Source: an uncultured Nitrososphaerota archaeon (GTDB taxonomy: Archaea > Thermoproteota > EX4484-205 > JAAOZP01). Taken from it: DNA of 64,000 nt. A program made the translations under genes and the position numbers. The stretch is from assembly GCA_964416155.1 (NCBI GenBank), contig CAYQCW010000004.1:60584-124583 (forward strand), in the 5' to 3' direction. Below the pieces are notes generated by a model. The model was not told where the DNA came from and did no database searches. It worked only from the letters and a program-made list of their open reading frames with translations. This document shows, one piece after another, positions 39,479 to 49,376 of the stretch (its first letter is position 1; each line of letters opens with the position of its first letter).

Positions 39479-39865
39479 TTATTCTTCCATCCAGTCCTCT
39501 TTCTCCAGGTTTTCAGGAGAAACATAGTTTCCAAACTTTTTCTGTACTTTCATTAAACGAGCCCCCTGCTCTTCGAGTATTTCAAATAGTTCCTGCGCGT
39601 GTCTTCATTCTCTTTGAAGACTCTTTCCACACGGTTTATTTTAACCAGGTTTTCACGGATACGCGTCGTAAACTGTTTCACGTAGTCCGCCTTAATACTC
39701 GACGCCACGCAACTCGAAAATCCTTCTTAGATTCTTATACTTGGGAATCCAGCCGGTGGGGGATTTTATGGCTTCCACGTCTTTAAACCCTCAGCCCCAT
39801 CCGTTTTATCCAAACCTGTTTATCCCGCTGTCGTTCAGGAACTCTATTCAACTCTCTTCTAAGAG
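39479..39865 (-). pseudogene. C-terminal remnant of archaeal GTP-dependent PEP carboxykinase
   Basis: EFLND / DKQVWIKRMGLRV / DVEAIK / PTGWIPKYKNL / DYVKQFTTRIRENL.KI.RVE / ELFEILEEQ..RL...KKFGNYVSP across several frames. Confidence 0.8.
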
Positions 39866-39870
39866 AGAAA

Positions 39871-40000
39871 AGCTTGAGAAATCAGGGGCACCATACCGGT
39901 TGAGTTAAAACCATATTTGGACAACCAGACTAAGACGCTCCTAACCCTGATAAGGGTCCTAAGGTCAACCTACACCACGGCCAAAACCAGTAGGGATTAA
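39871..40000 (+). pseudogene. 3' fragment paralogous to ORF 43675-44145
   Basis: RGTIPVELKPYLDNQTKTLLTLIRVLRSTYTTA versus RGEMPRELETYLDNHVKTLLSLIRELRSTYTTA. Confidence 0.8.
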
Positions 40001-40211
40001 GATCATAACGCGATGCAGATATCATCAACACTTAAACAATAAGCATAGCAAGAAAAGCTTGATTTAGCGTTCATTAGTATTCTGTTCTCAATGGAAAAAT
40101 AATATTTGATCCATTATGATTCAATCCCGATAATTCCCCCTTCCTCACCCAATATTCTCATCTCCAATATGTATTAAAGCCGCTGCGCATAAATAATTTG
40201 CCAAGACAAGC

Positions 40212-41867
40212 CTATCCTAAGCAGCGCCTAATTTTTGCAGCTTCAATCAGAAGCCTTTTTGCCTCTTCTTTGTCCTGCTCAAGAAAAGCTATAAGAAAAT
40301 TGTTAATTATATTTTCATATTTCATCTGAGAGAAGGTTTGGGGGCCGAGCCGAATTGACAGGTTTTCTTCTACTGCATGTAAGTCCCTAATTATGTCAGT
40401 AATTGCTGAACGTAATTTTTCACTATCAACGCCAACGGTTTTTGCCACACGCTCATGCATCTCCGTCAGCATGTTCAAGTTACGCCATGAGAGAAAAACA
40501 CCAGCAGTTTTAAGGTCACTTTTTAAGGTCATATAATAGTCCTCCAAGACATCCCACTCGGCCTCCTCCAAGTCCTCCAAGGCTCTAAGCCCAATCAACT
40601 CTGGCGGGATCCCGAGGCTATACAGTGCCCCGGCGAAAGGTATAGCCCTCGGCAGCGACACCCCCCCTAAACTACGGCTATAACCAAAGAGCCCAATATG
40701 CAACTTTCGCGCCCTCCTCGAGGGGATAATCGAAGCTACGCTATTTATCAGAGGGGCAAGCCTCTCCACAACACTCTGATATTTCTCCATGAACTTAAAG
40801 AGCACGCCCTTAAGGGCTTCAGCCTCATGGAGCTCTATGATCACCGGCTCTTTGTATGGAAGGTTTTCATTAAGAAAGGATATAACATTCTTAACTTCGT
40901 CGGAGGGATAGTCATACTTAAGTGCTGATTGGATAGTGATGGTGTAAACACCCCTATATTCCTCAACAAAATTTTTCAGGTTTTCTGGAGACAAGTGGCC
41001 CCTAAATGGCATGCTCCCGACGCCTAAAATTGGATGGATGCTAACGTTTGTGGACTCCTCAAACCGTTTAAGCTGGGAAAGGGCGAGTTTACTTAAACCT
41101 ACGGCACACACCAAGCCATAGTTTAGCGCCGGATCCGACCTGGCTAAGAAAACTCTAAGGTATTTTGGTTTAACTGTCTTAACAAAAGATGAGAGTATCT
41201 CATTCATGCTAAGAATGCTTTTAAGGTCCTCGATGAGTGGGATAACCTCTATAGTCTCGGGCTTGAAACGACCAAGCCACTCATCGACCCTGATTTTTTC
41301 ATCTAGATTGACGCAACTGGTTCCAATTATGACCTTCTCATAGCATTTCTTAAGCCAAACAAGATCTTCCCCCCTTGTCGTGAAAGGCAGTATAACCTCA
41401 AAGATTGGCGAAACCTCCTGCTGATAGAAGCGGGTGGCAATATCATGTGCAACTGGAATGCTTTCAAGAGACTCTAGAAGGATCTTCTGCTCAGCCACCT
41501 CAACATACGGATTCGGGACACGATAAGTTAAGTAAACATCCTCTCCCAACACCTTCTCCTTAAAAAAATCACCATAATTCTCTAACAGCTTTCGGACAAC
41601 ATGAGTATCCACATCCTTCCCCTCAGCATCCCACATAATCTCCATACAGCCCAAGTCATGATAGGCATAATACGCCTCATAAACCTCAGCGTCGCCATGG
41701 ATTATTGAGCCTCCAGCCCAAGGAGGAACAGAAGCATTATCTGGATGCTGCGTAGACATAGTTCTAGGAATTTTCTTCCTCAAAGACCACACCAGGCTTC
41801 TCGATATAACGGAGGAAATAAAGTTATCGCTCAAGTTGTGGGGTATGAAAATTGTGACGCATATCAC
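40212..41867 (-). CDS. ppcA: Archaeal-type phosphoenolpyruvate carboxylase
   Basis: IPRTMSTQHPDN, MWDAEGK, RSDPALNYG, PFRGH, HIGLFGYSR, LPRAI; true start probably near 41790. Confidence 0.95.
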   Translation of the reverse strand: MICVTIFIPHNLSDNFISSVISRSLVWSLRKKIPRTMSTQHPDNASVPPWAGGSIIHGDAEVYEAYYAYHDLGCMEIMWDAEGKDVDTHVVRKLLENYGDFFKEKVLGEDVYLTYRVPNPYVEVAEQKILLESLESIPVAHDIATRFYQQEVSPIFEVILPFTTRGEDLVWLKKCYEKVIIGTSCVNLDEKIRVDEWLGRFKPETIEVIPLIEDLKSILSMNEILSSFVKTVKPKYLRVFLARSDPALNYGLVCAVGLSKLALSQLKRFEESTNVSIHPILGVGSMPFRGHLSPENLKNFVEEYRGVYTITIQSALKYDYPSDEVKNVISFLNENLPYKEPVIIELHEAEALKGVLFKFMEKYQSVVERLAPLINSVASIIPSRRARKLHIGLFGYSRSLGGVSLPRAIPFAGALYSLGIPPELIGLRALEDLEEAEWDVLEDYYMTLKSDLKTAGVFLSWRNLNMLTEMHERVAKTVGVDSEKLRSAITDIIRDLHAVEENLSIRLGPQTFSQMKYENIINNFLIAFLEQDKEEAKRLLIEAAKIRRCLG

Positions 41868-41869
41868 AA
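41852..41869. promoter_or_regulatory. Palindrome TTGTGA-N6-TCACAA upstream of ppcA
   Basis: Read directly: ttgtga cgcata tcacaa. Confidence 0.45.
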
Positions 41870-42189
41870 AACATAGCTCAGTTAAAACAACAGGGTTAGA
41901 CAGAGCAATATTTTAGCCTGTGACAATTTCTCTTTAAAGGTATATATGAGAAGCTTCAATAACCTTTACTTTCTTTCACGATCTTTCCTAGAAGATCATT
42001 ATCCGCCTTAAAAACAACTGGTTTATGTGCATAATTACTACAGATCGATTGTCGTCGCCACTCATCGTCGTCTTATTCCTTGATTCAGGTTATATAAAGT
42101 GCACGATCCATTTTTCATCCTTATTTTATGCAACTATACAAGGGAAGCAGGAGGGAGAGAGTTTAATTTTAACCGTGAGTGGGAATCCT

Positions 42190-42366
42190 ATGCCTTTAAG
42201 GGTGGTGAAGGTTAACCCTCAAGGCACAAGCAAAGAATACAAGCATGGAGAACCGGACCGGGATCATAACGCCTCGCTGAACATGCTTAGGCAAGGCTTA
42301 TTCAGGTTCCTGCAAGCCCCATTTTTGAAGCAGGAAGCCCGCATCCTTTAGGAACGGGTAGTTCAC
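42190..42366 (+). mobile_element. IS200/IS605 family remnant: TnpB C-terminus and right end
   Basis: VVKVNPQGTSK...DRDHNASLNML (RuvC III motif) followed by GGAAGCCC...GGGTAGTTCAC right end. Confidence 0.8.
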
Positions 42367-42811
42367 TTTGAACCAAGTAACTTATTGGAATGTCTTTTAA
42401 CAAGAACGGTACATCGAGTTAACTAAGAATTCGGTGTCTTTTATGAAGAGGGAAATCGATAAGATCCCCGCAACCTTCTTGTCATATCTTTAACGACCTT
42501 CGAAATACCCGCGGTTGTTGCTCTACCGACCATGAAACGGACTGAAACCCCCTGTTTTTTTGAGCATCGCCAAGACACAGGAGCGCGCTACGGCTTCCGA
42601 GATAGGCGATGGACCTTGAGGACAGGTATGGCGGCAAGCTTCAAGTAGTCAGGCCCGCTCATAGCGCGCGCTACGCTCCTACTCTTGGCGCATGGAGAAA
42701 AGTTAATAAAGCCGCTGGCCGAAGGGTTTCGCCAGCCGCCCCTTGGAACGGCTAGGAGATGGAGCTCTCCTTAAACCGCCTTAATCGAGGCTGATAGCTC
42801 CTACCCTGTAT

Positions 42812-43678
42812 ATGTGGAGGACGGTATGGTTGGGAACCGAGGCGGTTAGGACCGAGAGGAGAATTCTGCTGCGGAAAACAGTGGAGTATATTGCTGCGAG
42901 GCAGAATGACGACGGGGGCTACACCGCCGTCCAATATACGGACTCTACTCTCTACGACACTTATCTTGCTCTCAAAACCCTGAGGATTCTTAAAGCAAGC
43001 CCCCCTAGGGTTGGCGACACTATAGCATGGGTTAAAAATTATAATGCTATGAACATTAGGGACTACTATCTTATTAACAGGATTCTAATGATTCTCAACA
43101 AGCCTCTGATAGATGTTTCCAAGCATGTTCTTGAACTCATGGATTCCACTGGAAGGTTTGGAGCATACGAGGTTGATGTGGAAACAGTTTCAGAGGTTGA
43201 AACAACCTTCATGTGCGTGAAGCTTATGAGCATGCTTAACATTGTTCAGAACCGGGACAGGATAATAGGATTCCTCCTTTCTCTGAAAAAGCCTGACGGT
43301 GGCTTCGGCGCTGTGGAATCAAGTCTAAACTCGACCTTCTACGCTCTCAAAACTCTTTCAACGCTGAACCATCCTGTTGAGGGTATGCTGGACACGCTGC
43401 GCTTCTTGAGGCTGCACGAGAACCCTGAGGGAGGCATCTCTCTTAAACCAGGTGTCAAGCCCTCATTCATGGAGCCTACTTTCATGGGGTTAACGTGCCT
43501 CCAATTGTTTAACGAGGAGCCTCTCTACCCTGGTGAAACCATAGGCTTCATCCTGGGCTGCCAAAACTCTAACGGAGGGTTTAGAAGGAGCCTGGAGCAC
43601 GGCATCTCATCGTTCGAGTATACTTTTCAAGCAGTTTCCTCTCTAAGAATGCTGGGCCTGGAGGTGGAGGAGTTTTGA
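42812..43678 (+). CDS. Prenyltransferase/squalene oxidase repeat protein (alpha-alpha barrel)
   Basis: Repeated QNDDGGY, KPDGGFG, ENPEGGI, CQNSNGGF with TY/TF.A motifs. Confidence 0.8.
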   Translation: MWRTVWLGTEAVRTERRILLRKTVEYIAARQNDDGGYTAVQYTDSTLYDTYLALKTLRILKASPPRVGDTIAWVKNYNAMNIRDYYLINRILMILNKPLIDVSKHVLELMDSTGRFGAYEVDVETVSEVETTFMCVKLMSMLNIVQNRDRIIGFLLSLKKPDGGFGAVESSLNSTFYALKTLSTLNHPVEGMLDTLRFLRLHENPEGGISLKPGVKPSFMEPTFMGLTCLQLFNEEPLYPGETIGFILGCQNSNGGFRRSLEHGISSFEYTFQAVSSLRMLGLEVEEF

Positions 43679-44145
43679 GCAGCCAGTTGGACAGGAAGCA
43701 TGAGAGGTTTGTTTTCTCCGCTGCCCTAGCCCTCCGGAAATACGTTAAAGACTTGAGAAAACTTGTTTCCGAGGGTGAGCCCCCAGAGGCCTCTGGCGTA
43801 GCCGGCAGGCCTGCAGCACTGTCAGGCGGCGACGCGGAGAACTTCATCAGCAAGCTTAACGAGATCGAGCGGATAATTGATGAATTTATTGAAAGATGCG
43901 GCCGAGTCAAAAATGAGCCTAGCCTAAGCCTGACTTACATATGGATCAGCATTCTTCTCGGGAAAATGGAGGGCATAGTTGAAAGCATGGATCCGCGGAG
44001 CCTTGGGAAAACCAGGGGCGAGATGCCGCGTGAACTCGAAACATATCTCGACAACCATGTTAAGACTCTTCTAAGCCTCATCAGGGAGTTGAGGTCAACC
44101 TACACTACCGCTGCCAACAGGAAGACGCGGCCGACTACAGAGTAA
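43675..44145 (+). CDS. Hypothetical helical protein
   Basis: Overlaps the upstream stop; GGAGG RBS; paralogous fragment at 39871. Confidence 0.7.
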   Translation: MSSQLDRKHERFVFSAALALRKYVKDLRKLVSEGEPPEASGVAGRPAALSGGDAENFISKLNEIERIIDEFIERCGRVKNEPSLSLTYIWISILLGKMEGIVESMDPRSLGKTRGEMPRELETYLDNHVKTLLSLIRELRSTYTTAANRKTRPTTE

Positions 44146-44179
44146 GCATTATATTTTTCACCATGCCTAGTTTACAACG

Positions 44180-44692
44180 TTGATGGAAAGGGCTGAAGCC
44201 AGGCGGAGGCTGCTCGAGCTTGTTGAAAAGTTTCGAGAGAAAGGTGCTACAAGCCCCGATAAGGCTATGACCCCGGAGGAACTAGGCCTTTCACCCTGGT
44301 TCAGCCGCCTCATGCGCGGACGCCTGGGGGAGCTGGGAGTATTCGTTGAGAAGGAGGGCAAGTACTATCTTTCCGAGGAGCGTTTAAAGCAGCTGGAGAA
44401 GAGGAAGGGCAAAATGCTGGAGACCCGGAGCGCCCGGAGAAACCTGTTAATGCTGAGAATAGCGAGAGTAACTGTTGGAATACTACTTGTGTCGATCCTG
44501 CTGGTAAACATTTACGTTAGGGATCCTAGTGTTAGAACGGTTTATTCCATCCTGCTGGTTGCCCTGCTAGCCGTATCAATCCTGCAGCTCTACTACTTGA
44601 CGAAGGCCAAGAGGGTTTTCGAGGCCCAATGGAAAACAGGAAGCATAGCGGCGCACTGTCCAAATCCGTTTGGAAGCACATATCCTGCTTAG
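44180..44692 (+). CDS. Hypothetical protein, wHTH-like N-terminus and two C-terminal TM helices
   Basis: FREKGATSPDKAMT.EELG...GKYYLSE followed by a hydrophobic hairpin. Confidence 0.7.
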   Translation: MMERAEARRRLLELVEKFREKGATSPDKAMTPEELGLSPWFSRLMRGRLGELGVFVEKEGKYYLSEERLKQLEKRKGKMLETRSARRNLLMLRIARVTVGILLVSILLVNIYVRDPSVRTVYSILLVALLAVSILQLYYLTKAKRVFEAQWKTGSIAAHCPNPFGSTYPA

Positions 44693-44713
44693 TTGAGCTG
44701 CGTTGCTGTCCCC

Positions 44714-46162
44714 CTATCCTTTCACAACGCCCAGGGGCACTAGCCTAGCAACCTTGTGCGAAATCTCCGCCCTATGCGTAACCTCCACCACCTGATCCGG
44801 ATCCTTATAGGCTCCCGGCGCCTCCTCAGCCACCAGGTTCATGTCTGCAACCCTAAGGTAGACTCCTCTTTCCTCAAGCATCCCCCTGATCTGCCGGCTC
44901 GTGAACCTCCGCATCGCTTCGTGCCTGCTGAGTGTTCTTCCAGCGCCGTGTGCTGTTGAGCCGAAGCTGGCCTCCATCGCAACCTTCGTCCCCACTAGAA
45001 CCCAGCTTGCCGAGCCCATTGAGCCGGGTATTAGAACCGGCTGGCCGTGCTCCCTATACTTGGAGGGAATATGGCTATTCCCGGGTGGGAACGATCTGGT
45101 GGCTCCTTTCCTGTGGACGACAACCCTCTTCCTCTCTCCGTCAACCTTGTGGTCCTCAATCTTAGCAATGTTGTGCGCAACATCGTAGAGAACGTTCAAG
45201 CCGAGCTCGGAAGCATCCTTTTTGAAAACCTTCGCGAAGCTCTCTCTAACCCAGTGGGTTATAACCTGCCTGTTTAGGAAAGCATAGTTCACGGCGCAAG
45301 CCATGGCTGCAAAGTAGTCCTTGGCCTCCTGGCTTTCAACCGGGACGGCTGCCAGTTCCCTGTCCGGCAACCAGATGTTATACTTCCTGCTCGCCGCCTC
45401 CATAGTTTTAAGATAATCGCTGCAAATCTGGTGACCGTATCCACGGCTCCCCGTATGTATTAATACTACAATCTGGCCGACTCTCTCAATGCCGAATCCT
45501 CTAGCAACCTCCCCGTCGATAATTCTTTCAACGTAGTCTATTTCGAGAAAATGGTTTCCGCTTCCCAAGCTGCCCAACTGGGGGAGGCCACGCCTCTTAG
45601 CGGTGACGCCGACCCTGCTCGGGTCCGCTCCCTTTAGGCAACCGTTCTCCTCAATAAACTCCGCGTCCTCCTTCCAGCCGTATCCACGCTTAATAGCCCA
45701 ACCGACACCCTCCCTGACAGCACCGTCCAGCTCGTCGAAGCTCATTCTAAGCTTTCCCTCTGAACCCAGGCCTGAAGGCACGTTGTGAAAAATCTCGTCG
45801 AGCAGCTCTCTAAGGACAGGCTTAACGTCTTCAACATTCAGATTCGTCAGCAGGAGCCTCACGCCGCAGTTGATGTCGTAGCCCACTCCGCCGGGTGACA
45901 CAACCCCGTCTTTAACGTCGAAAGCACCGACTCCTCCTATTGGGAAACCGTAGCCTTCATGTCCATCCGGAAGAATTATTGAGCTCTTGTATATCCCCGG
46001 TAGGGTTGCCACGTTCAACCCCTGCTCAACAGTTTTATCCTGCGTCATTTTATGCAGAAGTGTTTCGTCCGCGAAGATTTTAAGCGGCACCCGCATTCCT
46101 TTTTTAGCGCCTACGCTAACCTGGTATTCTACATCCGAAACCTTTTCAAACCTGTAACTCAT
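44714..46162 (-). CDS. rtcB: tRNA-splicing ligase RtcB
   Basis: PDGHEGYGFPIG, GYDINCG, GSGNHF, HTGSRG, HRKGAT, HGAGR. Confidence 0.97.
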   Translation of the reverse strand: MSYRFEKVSDVEYQVSVGAKKGMRVPLKIFADETLLHKMTQDKTVEQGLNVATLPGIYKSSIILPDGHEGYGFPIGGVGAFDVKDGVVSPGGVGYDINCGVRLLLTNLNVEDVKPVLRELLDEIFHNVPSGLGSEGKLRMSFDELDGAVREGVGWAIKRGYGWKEDAEFIEENGCLKGADPSRVGVTAKRRGLPQLGSLGSGNHFLEIDYVERIIDGEVARGFGIERVGQIVVLIHTGSRGYGHQICSDYLKTMEAASRKYNIWLPDRELAAVPVESQEAKDYFAAMACAVNYAFLNRQVITHWVRESFAKVFKKDASELGLNVLYDVAHNIAKIEDHKVDGERKRVVVHRKGATRSFPPGNSHIPSKYREHGQPVLIPGSMGSASWVLVGTKVAMEASFGSTAHGAGRTLSRHEAMRRFTSRQIRGMLEERGVYLRVADMNLVAEEAPGAYKDPDQVVEVTHRAEISHKVARLVPLGVVKG

Positions 46163-46379
46163 TTCTCGGGATCACCCTTTAGGGTTTTCTAGATTTCCCC
46201 GGGTGACCCCCAGGGATTCTCGCCTTAAAACCCTCAGGCTTATTAACGCTTCCCGGGTTATTAAGGTTTTCCCCGTGGGAAAAATTAGTAAAAGCAGTGT
46301 TTTTCAGAGTAGGGGGAAGACGATATGATTCCACGGATATTCGGATAAATTAGATTTAACCGGGTCCAGTTGCCAACAC

Positions 46380-48302
46380 GTGGAAAGCGTTCTAAAAAGC
46401 AGGCAAGACCAGGCTTATATCGGAGCGTCCTTCCTCTCTACAGTGATGCATCCTGTTCCCAGCACTTGGAAAACCAGTTACGTCCAAGAACCAGTCTTAA
46501 AGCTGAAAAAACGGATGTTTCTAATTCTTACAATGCTTTTCATAGTTTTGTTTTCAACCCTATACTATCTCTTCGCTATTCAACCCGGTTCCCCCGGGAG
46601 GCCAGCGCGGATTTCGTTCAGGGATATTCAACCATCCAGTGAGAAGCCACGGGTCTATGAGACTGTGGAGCTGGACATCAGGCTTAACGGCAGTGTAAGC
46701 AATCCTTTCGATGAGAACGAGGTTAACGTTACTTCAGAAATCATTCTTCCAAACGGTGTGAAGTGGAACATACCTGCCTTTTTCTACCAGGATTATGAGA
46801 GACGCGTTGTGAACGAGGGGGAGAGCCTGCTTCCATCTGGAGAACCGTTTTGGAAGCTGAGGTTTACACCCATACTGGAGGGAAGCCACACCATTGTTTT
46901 ACGCGTGTACTCAAGGGGGGAGCCCACGGATTCTCGCGAGCTGTCTTTAGAAGTAAAGGGTTACTCGCATAACCCTGGTTTTGTAAGACTCAACGGTAAT
47001 TACCTGGTTTGCGACAATGGCTCAGACCTTTTCCTAATCGGCCAGAACGTTTGCTGGTACACGGAGTCTAGGAAAACGTTTGATTACGATGTCTGGTTTG
47101 AGAAAATGGCGGAGAACGGTATGAACTATGCGAGGATATGGATGGCTCCCTGGGCGTTTGCGGTTGAGTGGAGCGATAGGGCGGGCAGGTATGATTTGAA
47201 GGAGGCGTGGAGGCTGGACTACGTGCTTAGGCTTGCGGAGAAAAAAGGGATATACGTGATGCTTTGCCTGGTTAACCACGGGCAGCTCAGGGCTGGCGAA
47301 AACTGGAGCGGCAATCCGTATAATAAGGCGCGCGGAGGACCATTATCCTCACCTGAGCAGTTCTTCACGGATCCTGCTGCGAAGGATCTTTTCAAGAAGA
47401 GGTTGAGATACTTGGTGTCGAGGTACGCCTACAGCACCCATCTATTAGCTTGGGAGTTTTTCAACGAGGTTGAGTTAACCGATAACTATAATCCTTCCAA
47501 TGTTGCAGACTGGCACAAGGAGATGGCGGGTTACTTGAGAAGCATCGATCCCTATAAGCATTTAGTTACTACGAGTTTCGGGGGGCCGAGAGAAGGAGAT
47601 CCGATTTGGAGAACATCCGGCTTAGATTTCACACAGACACACATGTATGGACCAGACGTTAAGGATCTTGCACGGGCGATTTCAAGCGAAATAAAAAGGA
47701 AGCTGGCAACATACGGGAAGCCGACCCTGTTTGGAGAATTTGGCGCCGACTGGAGATGGTTCGACTCTCCATTGTACTATAAGGATAAAGAAGGCGTTGA
47801 GATACATGAGGGCATATGGGCTTCTCTTATGAGCGGATCCTTTGGGACAGCGATGCTATGGTGGTGGGACGTTTATGTTGATCCGTACAACCTATACTAT
47901 CATTACAATGCTTTGAGACTGTTCGTAGCGAACATTAGCTTCAGCAGATCCAGATTGGCTGAGCTTGAATATAGGGTGGTTGACGGTGAGAAGATTAATG
48001 CGTCGAACGTCGATTTCGAGATTTTCGGCCTTAGAAACGGGACGTTCGCAATGGGCTGGGTTAGAAACAAGGATTACAACTGGTTTAACACTGTTAGCAA
48101 TGTTACTCTAAAGACGGCTGGAGGAGTGTATGTAGAGCTATTAGATTTTAACTCTGGAAGCTACCTGTTTGAGATATGGGACACGTATACTGGCGAAAGA
48201 ACGAGGCTTAGCGAAGTAGAATCCTCTGACGGTAAGCTTGTAGTTGAGATCCCGGTTTTTCTCAAAGACGTAGCTTTTAAAATGATTAGGGTTGAAAAAT
48301 AA
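46380..48302 (+). CDS. Membrane-anchored/secreted glycoside hydrolase (DUF5060 plus GH5-like TIM barrel)
   Basis: TM helix, NPFD..EV, RFTP, AWEFFNE acid/base, FGEFG nucleophile; true start probably about 46500. Confidence 0.8.
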   Translation: MESVLKSRQDQAYIGASFLSTVMHPVPSTWKTSYVQEPVLKLKKRMFLILTMLFIVLFSTLYYLFAIQPGSPGRPARISFRDIQPSSEKPRVYETVELDIRLNGSVSNPFDENEVNVTSEIILPNGVKWNIPAFFYQDYERRVVNEGESLLPSGEPFWKLRFTPILEGSHTIVLRVYSRGEPTDSRELSLEVKGYSHNPGFVRLNGNYLVCDNGSDLFLIGQNVCWYTESRKTFDYDVWFEKMAENGMNYARIWMAPWAFAVEWSDRAGRYDLKEAWRLDYVLRLAEKKGIYVMLCLVNHGQLRAGENWSGNPYNKARGGPLSSPEQFFTDPAAKDLFKKRLRYLVSRYAYSTHLLAWEFFNEVELTDNYNPSNVADWHKEMAGYLRSIDPYKHLVTTSFGGPREGDPIWRTSGLDFTQTHMYGPDVKDLARAISSEIKRKLATYGKPTLFGEFGADWRWFDSPLYYKDKEGVEIHEGIWASLMSGSFGTAMLWWWDVYVDPYNLYYHYNALRLFVANISFSRSRLAELEYRVVDGEKINASNVDFEIFGLRNGTFAMGWVRNKDYNWFNTVSNVTLKTAGGVYVELLDFNSGSYLFEIWDTYTGERTRLSEVESSDGKLVVEIPVFLKDVAFKMIRVEK

Positions 48303-48388
48303 CGTGCTTCCTAAATACTGTGGTTTGATTCTTACAATAGAAGCATAAACTTTATAATAATGCGAAGCAGCTTCATACTCCACTGGAT

Positions 48389-48856
48389 ATGAAGCCGCTT
48401 GTTGTCTACTATTCTAGGACTGGGACCACGAGGAAGGTGGCAGAAGCTATCGCGGAAGTTTTAAAATGTGATGTTGAGGAAATCCGGGATTTGAAGAATA
48501 GGACAGGTGTCTTAGGCTGGCTGAGTTCAGGCATGGATGCAACTTTGAAGAGGCTGACCAAGATAGAGGAGCTGCAGAAGCCTCCTGAGAATTATAGCGT
48601 TACGATAATCGGCACTCCCGTATGGAACAATACGGTGTCCACGCCTATTAGAACATACATAGTGGAATACAGAAATCGGTTTAAACAAGTCGCATTCTTC
48701 TGCACACAATACGGTTCCGAGAGCAATGTGTTTACAGAGATGGAAGCCCTGTGCGGCAGGAAACCGCTTGCAACGCTTATGCTGAGGAGGAATCAGGTGG
48801 AAACCGGCGAGTACACCGACGCGGTTAGGCAATTCTGCGTGCAGATAACCCGGTAG
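48389..48856 (+). CDS. Flavodoxin family protein
   Basis: YYSRTGTT, IGTPVW, FFCT. Confidence 0.88.
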   Translation: MKPLVVYYSRTGTTRKVAEAIAEVLKCDVEEIRDLKNRTGVLGWLSSGMDATLKRLTKIEELQKPPENYSVTIIGTPVWNNTVSTPIRTYIVEYRNRFKQVAFFCTQYGSESNVFTEMEALCGRKPLATLMLRRNQVETGEYTDAVRQFCVQITR

Positions 48857-48938
48857 ACAAGCATCCTGTAGCAAAAAGGGATTCAAACGGGCCGCCACTG
48901 GCCCGTGTTTACCATTTTTAGGCCGATGGTTTATCGGC

Positions 48939-49376
48939 CTATTGACCGTATTTTTCCACCCTGTATTTTTCAACCGCGTTTATTATGCTCTCCCTCAACC
49001 TTATAGTTTGCCGTACTGCCGTAAGCGGGATCACGTATATTTTATTCGGGTCATCCGGGTCCGCGAATAAAACTATCCCTCCATCAGAGTCCACAATTCT
49101 GAAAGGGTAGGTCCATTCTACGACGAGGGTTTCTATCAGCACGCCAAACTGGTCATAAATATTCTCTATCCTACTATCCTTCTCCTTGACTAAGAAGCCA
49201 TATTCAAGACATATCTGCTTCATCCTTTCAGAATCCAGCTTGCTTGAGAAAGTGATGCTGAAGCATTCGAAGGTTTCTCTAACAACCTCTTTTATCCCCG
49301 GGGGGAGAACTCCAACGTATTTTGCTTTCCAGCGTGGAGCCTGAAAAAGAGCCTCCAATACTTGAAGGAGCAGCAT
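48939..49376 (-). CDS. Hypothetical protein
   Basis: Open ORF with plausible composition; no recognised motif. Confidence 0.55.
   Translation of the reverse strand: MLLLQVLEALFQAPRWKAKYVGVLPPGIKEVVRETFECFSITFSSKLDSERMKQICLEYGFLVKEKDSRIENIYDQFGVLIETLVVEWTYPFRIVDSDGGIVLFADPDDPNKIYVIPLTAVRQTIRLRESIINAVEKYRVEKYGQ

Noticed and set aside
42370-42800. Coding-like sequence after the IS end (similar stretches at 12361-12600 and 34560-34900)
   Set aside because: Probably gene debris, but I could not assign any family from the translated frames.
44714-46162. Possible intein in RtcB
   Set aside because: The length (482 aa) and contiguous motifs match intein-free RtcB.
46170-46290. Imperfect inverted repeats between rtcB and the glycoside hydrolase
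   Set aside because: Adequately explained by back-to-back TATA boxes; no convincing stable RNA structure.
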